Assembly (NCBI RefSeq): GCF_037042905.1
Contig: NC_087251.1
Location: 46,936,001 to 47,000,000, forward strand
DNA: 64,000 nt
DNA from: Lytechinus pictus
Lineage: Eukaryota
Reading direction: 5' to 3'
Below are positions 23,871-38,320 of the stretch, piece after piece. How positions within the stretch are numbered: the stretch's first letter is position 1; each line of letters begins with the position of its first letter. A program made the translations under genes and the position numbers. The notes below the pieces were generated by a model. That model was not told where the DNA came from. It saw only the letters and a program-made list of their open reading frames with translations, and searched no databases.

Positions 23871-26771
23871 CTTTGGGGAAAATCCGGAGAGGACAAAAAC
23901 TTGTATGCCACAATGCTGCCACGTGTTTTGCTGTAACTGGACTGCAGTGAAAACCAGAAATGCATACATGCCATTAAGACGAGGGATGTGTACATGCCAA
24001 CAAGAGATATAGTGTCTGTTTTTCATCAAAAAAATGTCTTCAGCTGTGAAAGACAATCTGTAAAGCATCACGTATCTACGTAACCATTGACATTATATAT
24101 ATTTCATCTAAGTGATATACTTTTAATTGTAAACATGAGAATATCAATATTTTTATATTTTTATCCAAATTATTATGTACCTTGTGATTTTATTTTTTTG
24201 AATGTTGGTGAGTCTAGTTGATAACAAAAGAAGAATCTTTCAGCGAGTGCGTTCAACCTTCCGGATGGGCCGTAGATATGAGTGTCTTTCACAGCTGACT
24301 ATCAGCTTGTTTAGGACAAGAATTGTTATTCACAGATGGATGTTGTTTTCAGGTATTTTTACGAAATGGAAATATTTGGGAGAAGATTCTTATTAAGGGT
24401 TTTAGAACAATGGTGTACGCTCATTGCATAAAGAAAGGTCTGTTCAGCAACCGAGAGATGTATGTATGCTTATTGATGATGGTGGATGTACGTATGTATG
24501 GATGTCTGTGTATGTGCGTGTTTGTGGGCGTGTGCTTGCAGGGATTCGAGAGTAATTATGTGTTCTTGACTGTACTAATCACTGGGGATATCTCCATTCT
24601 CCATTTATTGAAGATGTATATGCAAATGCATTGATGAGGGTTTAAATGACAGCGTATTACACTATGTTTTTGAAAAAGAGAAGAAAATGACAAAAAAAAA
24701 ATAACTAAGTGGTGTTGGCCTTGCCAATAGTAATGTTATATGATTGGCATTCCGCACTGCTATAACAGTACTTCATGTTAACCATACAAGTAATGGTTTT
24801 AATTGCTCCTCACTCGACTTACATTGTAGTTCTAAGTATCCTATTACTAAAGCAAACATCACACAGTGACAGTGTGTCAATTGCAAAATCTAATGTTTTT
24901 TATTATATTTTATCCCTATTTGTTTTTCTTCCTAAATCAAGTCCTTGACTTTCAGTTCTTAAACAACTTTTTATCTTTTTTACATTTCCCTTGTCTCTTG
25001 TAAATAAGTAGACAATGACCCTCGCCCCAAAATACAGTTTTTCACAAATATACAGGAGAATCCGTTTGGTTTCATTAAAAATTAAAGAAAAAAAAACATT
25101 GACATTCCAAAATGGAAATTTGTCATGTTTCCTTTCATGAATTATCCAGAAGAGTTGGATCCATATTAGTTGCAGGTTAATATCAAAAGTTTTGAAAATA
25201 TCAGAGATGAAACAATTAGATTCAATATGGAAGATATGTTTGGCCAAAAGTATAAAGCCTAAATAATGTATGATTTTTCATCTTTAAAATTGGAAGAAAA
25301 AAAAAAGATATCTGAAAACAATCTATTTTTAATCAGTGTATTTCCTTTTTTTTTAAATTCAGGTCACAGTAATGTGTGGGTGCTATTGGGTCATTTCCAG
25401 TATTCAAAAACAATGTAATAATTTCAAATAATGTAATTCGCCTTTTGACAACTTTGTTTATCAAAGTAAATTTATAAACTCAATATTAACAGGATTTTAA
25501 TTTGTGCAATCTGTTCACATCGATATTAATTTCTCATCCGTAAGACTTGTGAGATCTATTGAATAATACAATATATTTTGTTTCCTCTTTTGTTTGGTTG
25601 TCACTGGCCAGTCAAAATGAGTTTCCCAATTATAATAATTTCTTAAATATCACTGACGATCCTTTCTTCAAGGAAATTTGGATTCTAGAATTTGTAATTG
25701 TATTTTACTTTTTTATACGTGTAGTTCAGGGTACTATATTTTATCATTGGCTAACTGACATGTTGATAAGGTGAATATTTGAAGCTCAAAAACGAAATGG
25801 TATTCATTAAAGTTCCTTTCTAGGTTTTCCCATGAGTTTAGAATAATATAAAATCAGTCTCCAATTCCTTTATTAACTGATATTAATATCTTACAATCAA
25901 TTTCAGATCTCTGATATGTAATTTTTCATCTTGATAAATTTCATGTCAACTTGCCCTTTAAGACATCATCAAGCTTCCACCTATCACACCGTAAATTGAG
26001 ATTTCCCACAATTCATTATTTCTTCCCAGTATATAGTTAATTAAAGTGGTTGAGGAATCTGAGACTAACAACACTTCACCAACTTTCATTTGAACGTAGA
26101 TGTGCCTTTTAGTGAGTCATATTTAAACTTAGCTACCCCACAGTTGCCATTATCATGGAGCAGTCTAACGAGAGATGTTTAAAGTGTTATTGTATAGCTA
26201 TCAGGGCCCTCGTAAATGTCCAATATTTATTTTTGACTATATCTTGTACAGAGTGATTTCACATTGCGGGATTGTAAATCGCGTATTAAAAAACAAACTT
26301 ATGGTTATTATGGTGACAGGAAAATTGATCAACTTCCCCATCATGCTCAAAGCAAGGTGGAAAGAATGGATTTCCAACTTCTCTTGCTCTCTATTCATAT
26401 GCAGCAAGATCTATTTTGACTTCTATATACTCACCACAGCCTTGTTTGAGGCTGACTTACATGCACTGTAAATATAGATATTATGTAACACAATCCAGTG
26501 TGTATATCCGTAATCATTTAGCATATGATTAGCAAAACAGTAACATAGATGCAACAAAAAAAAATCTTATGCTTTATTGAAGTATATAAGAAATATTTTT
26601 ATGGTCTGTATTGTTATTTACAGAGCAAGCTTTTAAATGGACGTTGAAAATAAATAGTTTGTGAAATCGTTAATGTATGCAACAAGCAAACATTTGGATG
26701 ACAACTTTTTTTTTCAGCTTAACTTGGTAAAGTGCATACATATAATTGCGCCTATATCCACTCAAGAGGGC

Positions 26772-26803
<32 letters not shown>

Positions 26804-28170
26804 AAGAGGAGGGGGGGGGTGGGGTTGAAAAATGAGAGTGAAACTGATTATTTGTTGCTAAGGCTGCTTTTCTTATTGTATTCCTATATTTTTGGCTGGA
26901 AGAGAGTTAAGTGTTCCAAAATTGTGAACATGCACACTATAACAGTCAAAAAGAGTTCTATTAACAGTTCCATTTTAGTCATGTTCACCACATTAAAATG
27001 TATTTTATTGTTATCAATGTGTTCCATAAGATTGGTTCTTATCTCAAGTTCATGTCAAATAACGACAGTAAACTTTACATTTATCTTTCATGAAATATAT
27101 TTGTAGCCCTTTTTAAAACCTGCAGTTTAGATAATTTATCTCATGGAAATGCAAATTTTTTTAACATGGCCATGAATATCAGCAATTATAGTTGCAAGTT
27201 TTATGAATGATAAAAAAAAAACAAATCATAAGTTTCAATGGCCAATGAGTACACACAGGATGGCTTTTATATATTTTTCTTTTTATATATAAAAAGAAAT
27301 AATGTTTTGTATATGTTCAGTCTGTTTTTTTTAAAGTTTCCTGTAAACTATTTTAACAGTTAATGATATATAAATGTATTTCATTCAATGAAATCATGCT
27401 ATGATTGCATATTTGTCAAAACCTTATATGTTACTGCGATTCAATGACATGTTTATGATATGAATAATGTGTTGAAAAACCATTCCCTGCCTCAAGTGAT
27501 TGTTGTTTCTAGTTCTAGATGCTGACAAAACTTATTTATCATCAAGCTGCTAGCACGGAAGTGACTACAGCTACATGTAGTTAAACAACAAAAAAGTTTA
27601 ATCACACAATTCCGGTCTCTGAACAGTTTTCAGAAGACAACTTTTCTGTCCACCGTATTGTTCCTCAGTTTTTTAAGTATGGCTTATATTTGCATTAATC
27701 TGCTCATGAGAGAAGTTAACACATGTTGTGATTCTGTTCTCACCAAAATCAACAAAAGAAGATTATGGAAAAAAGAAAAAAAAATGACGTCATCTTATTC
27801 ACAATCTGTGTACAAGTATTTGTACTGATGTTATTTAATAAACTCATGCATGGAAAGGGAATTGAAGCTATTTTCTCTTTTGTTCTTATTTGGTTTGTGA
27901 GGTGCGTATGGGTTGTACTGACTTGTGCACAATATCATCTGCTGAGATCCATTATTATATGATTTTAAATGCAACATTTATTACCCAAGACAATTTGTCA
28001 AAGTCTCTTCTGATCATATACAACTATTTCAACACTGAATAGGTAACACCCTTGTTTCACTTAAATTTACATATTAATACATAGTGTTCGTGCTATCTCT
28101 GCAGATGACATGTGTAAAGTTTTGATTTGAAGATTTGAAGTTTAAATAAAGCCTGTAAACACAGAAAGTG
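23871..28170 (+). other. Putative long SPRED 3' UTR
   Basis: T/AT-rich sequence after the stop with few interspersed repeats. AATAAA at 28145-28150 is one of several candidate poly(A) signals, so the end point is uncertain. Confidence 0.35.
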
Positions 28171-28791
28171 TTCCATATTTAGAATTGTGTCAAATGCCAA
28201 ATATTTGTTTGAAATTCATGTACATGTAACAATGTATATTACACTGAGCTAAAAAAAAAAATACATGAGCCACTTCCTTTTTCCCAATTGCTATACTAAA
28301 ACTGTAAAACACATTTCTTCTCCCCATGGGTATCTATAAATCCGATTTTTATTCATTTTCATCATTATACATTTTTGATTTTTTAAATTAAAATCAATCT
28401 TTACTTTATTTGGACTTTTCCTTTAAGCATATGTAACACTTCTAGGTTTACTATGCACCGATTGTGTGTGTGTGTGTGTGAGAGAGAAAAGGAATATATG
28501 TTATATGCACTGAGTGAGAGAGTGAGAGAGAGAGAGGGAGATAAAAAAGTAAGAGTACTGAGTAAAAGAATTTCCCTGATTGTGAAGATAAAAAAAAATA
28601 ATTGTAATATACAGTGCATCCCACAAAAAAAATAAAACCTGTTTTCAGAGGAAGATTTCATAATCATTAAATATGTATTTACTATAAATATGACACTCAA
28701 GATAAGAGTGGAATCTCTTCTTTAATTTCAGACCAAAAGCTAATCATTCACACATGGCAGATTACAATCAATGCATATTGAGGCATATCAG

Positions 28792-28937
28792 GGACCCATT
28801 GCAGAGAGAGTTGCAATCAATCGAAACTCTAAAAATCATGCGCAACTTGATTTTAAACCAATCAACAGCGCGCATTTGGGACTTGCGATTGATATTTTTG
28901 GCTTGCGTTTAAATGCAACTCTTTCTGCAACAGACCC
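28792..28937. mobile_element. Small palindromic MITE with CAG 3-bp TSD (Harbinger-like)
   Basis: CAG|GGACCCATTGCAGAGAGAGTTGCA ... TGCAACTCTTTCTGCAACAGACCC|CAG. Confidence 0.6.
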
Positions 28938-29868
28938 CAGAAATGATTTGTGCAAAAACAATTGTGAATCTGAATCCCCTCTAGTTAAAGAGATCAGTGA
29001 TAAGAACCTAACGGAGAATACAAAAGAAATGCTAATGAGCCAGTGGTCGAATATGCACAGTCGTTGTATCGTTAAACCAACCTTGGACATGAAAATGTCA
29101 AACTTGATTTGCTCTTAAATGCGTGAAGTGTTTGCCTCCTGTTAGTTAGGTATCAAAATATTAATTATGATGTTAATGAAATATTATAGTTTGAAGAAAA
29201 AATACATGGGAATCCCGGTTTCCTTTTTTCTGCGACACATTGTAGAATAGTGAACAGCATTATAATATAATCTTTTATTAGGTTATTGAAATCTATGCCC
29301 GATGCCCAAATCATTTAATTAATATTGTCATACACACACAAACAATTGAAATTCTTTATATTCATGAGGGCAATGATCTATAATTGTTTAAAAATAGCTT
29401 GTTAAACCATGCATGAATTTGAATATCCGGTATGGGAGATGAGACTTTGTGTTTACTATTAATGTTGTAATTTCATTTTCGAGGGGGTCGGAGATGATGC
29501 AATACCAATGGGGAAATTACCCTTCCGATCATTCAATTCTATTTTTTTTTTGGGTAAAAACCAAGGGTAAAAAGAGCAAAATGTATATTCATATTAAATG
29601 AAAGGTGTCAAATATGGAATTCAAATAACTACAAATATATTCAGTTTGGCAATATTTCAGGCAGTAAATTTGGAATCAATCACAATATCAGCAAATTTCA
29701 TTAAAAAAAACCAGAGTAATTAAAGGATTCAATATCATACCATATTTCACTGTTAAAATCATTAATGATCATTCAAGAAAATAAGAATTATACTGGTTTT
29801 TCTTCATGGGATGCCAGGAATATCTCTCTCTCTCTCCCTCCCTCTTTCTCCTTTATTCCTTCTTTCTT

Positions 29869-30024
29869 TCTATCTATCTATCTCTTTTTTTTATCTCTAT
29901 CTATATATCTATCTACTAGTATCTATCTATCTATTTATCTACTAGTATCTATCTATCTATCTATCTATCTATCTACTAGTATCTATCTATCTATCTATCT
30001 ACTAGTATATATCTATCTATCTAT
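29869..30024 (+). repeat. (CTAT)n tetranucleotide microsatellite
   Basis: Directly visible; periodically interrupted by ACTAGT. Confidence 0.9.
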
Positions 30025-30544
30025 CAATTTAGCTATGTTTATTTATTTCTTAATCTTTCTAGATATATACATGTAGATAGATTTACCATTACCACATATG
30101 CCAGAAAAAGGATTGGATTGTAAACTTCAATTCTTAAATCACAATGTGGCAAAAAAAAAGAAAAAGGGAAAAAGGATACAATTTAGTTTTGATTATAATG
30201 AGGAAGTTTTGGTATCCTAGGACAATGACTTCCAGTTTCTGTTTTCATTAGCGGCGCACAATGAGATCCCTTTCCTAAAGTCATTTCCGAACTCTGATCA
30301 TCAAGGCGGTTTGCTGTTTGTTATCATAGAGATTAGCAACAAGCAGGAACTATTTGAGTCTAAGTTTATTGCACAAGAGATATGATGAATATGAAAGTGG
30401 GATGTTCTAACAAAGATTTGTAATATAGCGCAGGTAAACTTAGTATTTTGCTTCTGATTTGACACATTCAGTGTTTGTTTCCACTCATCAATACTTACCC
30501 TGATGATAACCAGAGAATCAATTCCATGTACCACTATAACCCCT

Positions 30545-31340
<796 letters not shown>

Positions 31341-32666
31341 TACCAATACACATATTACCTTTACTTCTAAGAATCCATTTTCATTAAAGTCAACCAATAT
31401 GCTTTCACTTGATTTTCCATCACTCATTAAAATGTAATTTAGGGAAATAAATGATCATAAATTCATAAACTGTACTGTTTAATGACAGTCATTCATAATA
31501 CTCTTGATACGTTTCGATAATTTCCGTCCACTGAATTACTCCATTTATTTCCCATTGAAAAGACACCATACTCTCTTGAATAGGTTATTGTCCTCTGAAC
31601 TGCACTTTGTATCAAATGAAACAAAGTAAATTATTACAACACAATATAACATGAAAATAGGACTGATAGCATTGATAATGGTGACTTCAATTAATTGGTT
31701 TGAGAAGAAGAGATATACTGTGCATCTTTAAAAAGGAAACCCAATCTTTTCCTGAGAAAAAAATATAACATCAACAACACTTAAATTAAAAATGTCCTTA
31801 AAGAGTATATTTTGTCAACGACCATGCATCAATGAATGATACTATTGCCACAATGACATTGTTTTCAGCAGTTTGCATTTCAACATTAGTTCAAGCAATA
31901 GGCTCCAGGCTATAAATAATCTTTATCAATTTGCTTTGAAATAAAAAAATATGAAATAGAGACAAAAATGAGGGATAAGTGTAGAAAAAATTGAAACACC
32001 CAAAAATGAAGTTTGCTTCCATCATGCTCAATTAACAAGCCTTCTTTATACTTAATATATTAAGTCAGAAGTATAATCATCGTGAGAATTTCTATCCCAT
32101 TATCTACCTGAAATTTCTATCCAGATGCATACACATCCTCCGTGACCAGATGCTTTCTAATAATTGAAAGCAGACATCTCTAATTAGGAAATTCTTCTGG
32201 TATCTAGACAGGAATCCCTTCCTAGAGATAAACATCTTCAAACGTAGGAAGTATACCGGAAACTGCCCCTCATTCCTATCTGGAGTTCAAACCAGATCAT
32301 ATGGGAAGCATTTCACAAAGCAAATAGTCAGTGATTTTCAAATGACTGTTGTTATAAGCTATTGAAACAATTGCGTCTGATTGGCTCACAGCAATTGGTC
32401 GGTGAAAGTAACAGAGGTTTTTTTTGCATGAAAAGCTCCCCCCCAGTCATCTGGTTGCTATTTCAGGTTGCCAGAGGAAAATGCCCAACTGATGCTAGAT
32501 GGAGCATGACTACTTTTTATTTGAAATAACTACAGTTTCTGGTTAAAGGAAATGTTTATCTGATTGATGTAGTACCATAATTATCCTTAGTATTCACTCG
32601 CTAAATAGTCATATGATTGAATATGATAAAATAATAATAAATAAATGTAAATAAAATATCATACAT

Positions 32667-33313
32667 CAGTGGTGGGTCCAGGATAGATGAGCATAAAGAG
32701 TGAATTTGAAAAAAAAAAAGGGTGGTTCAGATGACCTTTTATTTAAAATATAGATTTAGCTATATCTAATTATGTTCAATGGGTGATTCTTGAAATACTG
32801 AGGGAGCATGGGTTCCTTTGCGCCCCTGTTGTTAATTCAGATTACAAAAGAAATAGAGAAAGGAGATGGGGGATACTTATACTCAACCAAAAGAGTAAGT
32901 GCCCCTAAATCAAAATGCTGTAACTTTTGAAAGGAATAATTTGAGATATAATATTTCTTAGGTGGTTTTCTACACTCATTAAGCAACTGCTGTGAAAACA
33001 TGAGATTGATTGGCTGAGTCATGCATGAATAATCAAAGATGAAATAAAAAATGACTATTGTTTTAAAGTCACAAGAATCGTTTTTCAGATTATGTAAGTA
33101 CAGAGATGTTCGAAGTTTGTTTTGGTAATTTTATGGTGCTTTTACCGCTTATGCTGTTTTACTACCATCATTTAACCACATGGTTGAGAGAGCACAATTT
33201 TTTTTGGGGTGACTTATCATCATATAGGTTTGTGTTAGTACCCTCTATAACTAAAAAAAAAGTAAAAATTTCTTGGTCCCCCTCCTCATTTTCAAATTAT
33301 GGATCCACCACTG
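32667..33313. mobile_element. Old hAT-like MITE remnant
   Basis: Termini CAGTGGTGGGTCC / GGATCCACCACTG; no TSD recognisable. Confidence 0.4.
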
Positions 33314-34001
33314 ATTTGTCCATAAATTCAACTCATCCTGAGAATTTGTTAAGAAAAGTATGCGTTTATGCAATATAAAGAGTATTCATTCTAAAGTTTT
33401 CAAGTGTGCTCGCTCAACCATGAAAGTGTAAAAAGTTCAGACAGTATGTGTGGCGATAAAATGATGGATGATAAAAAAACAGCAATTAACTCACATTTAA
33501 TACAGAATTTGCCCCCTTTATTTATTTTATAACCCATCAAAATGAGTCTGTGACTTTGAAAATGCAATTTCCCCCCTTTGATGTGTGCTCACTCATTCCA
33601 TAAATAAACAAATCAATTTCATTTTTACACAGAATTCCGCCCATAAAGATATTTTTGAAAAAGAGTTCTACCATATTGGATAAGAGGTTACTTATTTTTA
33701 AACATATGCACCCATACATAGTGAACACAATGTCTATTAGTGAGGAAATCAAAATTTTAACAAAAGTGAAATAATGGTTTATTTCATGGATGATTTTTCT
33801 TGCTTCTGCCTATATTTAAAAAATGAAACTCCAGAGTGACACTATCCAAAAGGCACACACACCAAAATAATAATTCGATATGGCACAGAGTGAAGCCAAG
33901 GCCTTGAACTTTTTTCTCATTTGCATTAGACATGGGGATTTTTCTAAAAATCAAATCCAATGAACTATGCAAGAATGTTTATGACAGATATCCATAGAAA
34001 G

Positions 34002-34722
34002 CAGAGGCGTCGATCCTGGGGGGGCAGGGGGGCGATCGCCCCACCAATGAAAATATTGGGGGGGCAAACATATCGTTTTGCCCCCCCAATAATTCCGGAT
34101 GTGCAAAAATAAAATAAGATTGTAATGTTCAGCAAGCGAGATTGAGATGCACAAATTGTCCTTTATTTCAAATCGTGCTCAAAATGTCCGCTTTTGAGAT
34201 TGGAATATAAAAATTTTCAGCTCGCGCTTCGCGCTCGCATCATTTCTGTAGCAAAAACCCATACTTTTCATGATTAAATACGTGAATAGAATGTCCCGTT
34301 TTCAGTTCTAAACCTCAAAAGAACTCCCACTTCGATTTGCAATAATCTTTTGTTGGATATATATCTTGTTTTTTTTAATCAAAAACGTCCATTAAACTAA
34401 TTTTTTTCAGATCGAAATATCAAAATTTTCAGCTCGAGCTTCGCGCTCGCATCTATTGTTCTTTTAGATACCAATCTTAATCATTGGTATCAAAAATGCT
34501 TACAGTATCAAGCTTTCAGGTCAGAATATATAGAAATTTCAGCTCGCTCTCGGCACTCGCATTATATCTGTTTTGTGAGATATGTATCCTCCTCATGAGT
34601 TACTACAAACAGTCCTTAACAGGTACGCTTTTCCTGTTTTAAGGTCAGTACATAAAAAATTTCAGCTCGCGCTTCGCGCTCGCATTAATTTGTTGGTGAG
34701 ATACGTGTCTGTATCTCATGAG

Positions 34723-34780
<58 letters not shown>

Positions 34781-34882
34781 AGTATGTGTGTGTGTGGGGG
34801 GGGGGGGGTGTACGATCGAGCGCCTTCGGAACGTTGTTCATGATTTTGCGCCCCCAATCTGAAAAATGGATCGACGCCCCTG
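34002..34882. mobile_element. hAT-like non-autonomous transposon with intact 8-bp TSD
   Basis: TSD ATAGAAAG at 33994-34001 and 34883-34890. TIR CAGAGGCGTCGATCC / GGATCGACGCCCCTG (14/15). Four internal TTTCAGCTCGCGCTTCGCGCTCGCAT-type repeats and a (TA)n tract. Confidence 0.9.
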
Positions 34883-36534
34883 ATAGAAAGCAATTGCATT
34901 TTCTCAAATAACGTAAAAAAGAGCTATTCACATGTTCATTCAAGTGTGAATGTTTAATTAAATGCCTCAGAATGATTGAAGTCTGTTAATTGGTCATGAA
35001 CATAACAATAAAAAGTTAATGAGAGAATTTCAGTTCCCAAAATGAAACAATACTTGGATATTTGAAAATGATGAATATTGCTGAAGATACTCTTCCCAAA
35101 AATAAATGTCATTATATTCAATCATTTTTATTGATAGAAATGTGATAGATTTCCAATGAAAGCAAAGTTTGACTTGTGTTTATTCAACCGTGAAATTTAG
35201 CAAAAAAAGTTGTATCGTCTTTTAGAAAGTACCTTTTACAAGCCTTCTGAATATTTTTCATGATGAGAATGTGGAATTTGTTCCGATATTCTGGAATCAA
35301 AGTCATGATATTAGGCTCACGATTTTTAAAAAGTTACAATTTTGCCTTCTGGTGGTGCTCACTGGAGCATGACATAAAATATGTCTGTAATATTCACTCA
35401 GATCGAGGGTGGCCTTTAAAAACCTACACGCTCATGTAAAAATATCTTTAAAACTCCTCCTGGTTCAGAAATTATGGATGTTTGTTTAAGGGGGGACTTA
35501 ATTTCATTAACTGTCTACTGATACACTTGTGCAGATCACTATTGAACAACATATCTACATTTTCCGTTTTTTTTTAAAAACAAAATAAACAAATCCTCCT
35601 CAGTATATCAGTGAAACCATAGAAACAGAGAAATTAACATTGACTGATAATGCAACACACATTTCTCTGCATCATTAATTTACAGTTTAGTGACATCAGG
35701 AAAGCCACTTCAAACGTAGATTATTTTCCAAGTATGCCATTGGTACTTGAATTAGTTTCACTATTGCTTTCATATTTGTCAAAATCCGAAGTTGAAGTAC
35801 TTGGCAATTTCCTGCTTGTTTTAATTACTAGTTTAATATTTTGATAATGCATCTCGTGAGATAGAAGGGCATTCACTTTATGTCGCAGTTGAAGAGTTCT
35901 TACAGTGGAGTATTTTATGAAACATTGATTTTGACTGACTGTGGCTGAGCTGCCAGGTAGTAGGATTTTATCCTATTTAGTAGGATTTTTGAAAGGGAAA
36001 GTGACATTAAATATGATTTTCTCCTCCAAATAGCATTTTTGAAACTTGTAGTGATTGAAAATATAATTTTGAATGAAATTTGTATCTTGGTATGGATAGA
36101 CAATAATTATTATTTGATCTATTTCATAAAAACATAATATTTGAAAACAATCTACATATTCATATTTAACTTATTTGTGAAATGAATATTATAAAGTCTG
36201 GGAGATAAATTTGATATCATTCAGTGCAGTGGGTGTTTCTGATATGATAATACATTCTCAGAACACTTCTGTGGAAGTACCAATGGTGGTGGGGTGGGGG
36301 GGGGGGGGGTGGAATCCTCAAGGAAATGAGTGCTAGGAGAGAGGAAAAAAAGAGAAAAGTTGAAGGACATTTTTTCTGTAGAGAGATGGCTGGGTTATAG
36401 AACTAGAGTATACAAATAATACCCCTATATTTTTGCATTGAAAAAAAAAATTACTTTACATCAGCTGTATAGGTCCTCTTCCCTATACTGGCACCACCCC
36501 TGATCTGGAGCAGGAATTTGGGACAGATTTGGTT

Positions 36535-36775
36535 TACACTCTAAATTTCAGGGATTTAAAATAATCAAGATTGGCTGTGAATAGTGACCAGCAGAAAATT
36601 GGATTTATGTTTAAATCCTAAGGATCAAATTCTACATCTGAATTGATTTAAATTTTAATCTATATGGTTTGAATTCAAATCCACAAGGTTGAATCAAGTC
36701 TAATTCCAATGTGTGGCTGGTCACTGTTCACAGCGGATCTGGATTTATTTTTGAATCCTTGAAATTTAGAGTGTA
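36535..36775. mobile_element. Palindromic MITE, TA-flanked, CACT termini (EnSpm/CACTA-like)
   Basis: TACACTCTAAATTTCAGGGATT ... AATCCTTGAAATTTAGAGTGTA. Confidence 0.75.
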
Positions 36776-37921
36776 GGACTTGAAAGCAATAATTTTATTG
36801 TGGCATACTGCCTTAAATGCAAGAGACACAAATTCCTTCTGAATAAAACATATATTATATATAAATAACAGCTAGTGGAAAATGAAAAATTCTAATTTCT
36901 TATGAATTTGAGTCAATACCTAAGTGTTAAAAACCCTAAGCTTGAGGAAAAAAAGAAAGGCTTTGCTTTTCTTGGTAAGCATAGTCAAGCTCCCATCTTT
37001 CTGGAAGATCTCTTGATTTTGTTCTTACATTCATTGATTAAAATCTATTCTTATTCACCACCATACACTATTGAAAATACTTGCTTTGTGAATCTACTGT
37101 TGGGTGTGACTATAATGTGGCATGACGCAAGAGACAAAATGGAAAACATATCAATCAAAACTTTCTTCATTAAAGTCATCAAACCACTTAGTGTATGCTA
37201 GGGGAAGCATGTGACCTATATATTGTACATGCATATTTTATGTAACCTTATGAAGGGCAATTGGCCTGATTTGTATACTGCCAGATAGATTTGTTGAAAT
37301 ATGATGGTAGCACTTTACAAAGTGAACCAAGTTGCAAAGTTGATAGTTTTGCATCAATCCTCATTTCGAGCCTCATTTCCATGATAACCATGGATTGGGT
37401 ATTTGTCAAAATGAAAGAAAATAAAAATTTCTAACACAGTAACAAAAATATTAAATATTCATTATTTGTCATAATAAATTATCAAACAATAAAAACCATA
37501 AATACACTACAAGGTGACATTGAAGGGGGGGGGGGGGGTCACTTACTGCTTTTACATTTCAATCATGCTCTACAGCTAAAACAAATATGACAGAAAATTG
37601 TCAATAAATGAAATGTCCTTATTTCACAACAACCATCAAATAGCTCTTGAACCGAAGGAAGTATGGTTTTCAAAACATCCCATGGAATAAAAAAAAAACC
37701 CAGTAAAAGCAAAAGAATCCCCTCATTTTTCTGGCACAATGCCCACTTTAGAAGACTTAATCACCGAAAAAAGACAATAACAAGGATATCCACACTGTAT
37801 AACATAACATTTAACAGCAAACGTTATGGTAGATTGACGAGGAAAATTGTTGACATTTTTTATTTCCTCTCTCAGTTGTCAAATAAGCTCTGCTACTGCT
37901 ACATGCAGGAGAGAGATATGA

Positions 37922-38320
37922 GGGCTGTCTGCACCAGCCCGAGTTTTCAAATTAGCGCGCTATTTCTGATCCGGCAAATTATCCTGATCTGAACAATCTC
38001 GAGATTATTTGTAATGGAGACGCAATTATCGCGCTAGTTCGCTGGATTAATCTTGAGATTGCAATCCCAATTCAACTTGGGAATTTTTCGAAAAATAGCA
38101 CGCTATTTACGAATTATCCCGCTAATTCGCAGGTGCAGTCGCACTCGGGATTATTTATTCATGGCGACAGACCATAATGCATCGATGACTCGCTTGAGCA
38201 GGAATCGCTCTTCTTGTGATGGGGAGACAGGGTTTCTTGTAACTCGAGATGAATTGCGAAGAAAGCCGATCGGGCTAAAATCTCAAGATTGAGCAAACTC
38301 GGGCTGGTGCAGCACCGCCT
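37922..38320. mobile_element. CpG-rich TIR element (PIF/Harbinger-like)
   Basis: TIR core CTGCACCAGCCCGAGTTT / AAACTCGGGCTGGTGCAG, GGC..GCC ends, TGA/TAA flanks. Confidence 0.7.

Noticed and set aside
23563..24071. Overlapping alternative-frame and antisense ORFs over SPRED exon 5
   Set aside because: Shadow ORFs of the GC-richer coding exon with no recognisable motifs.
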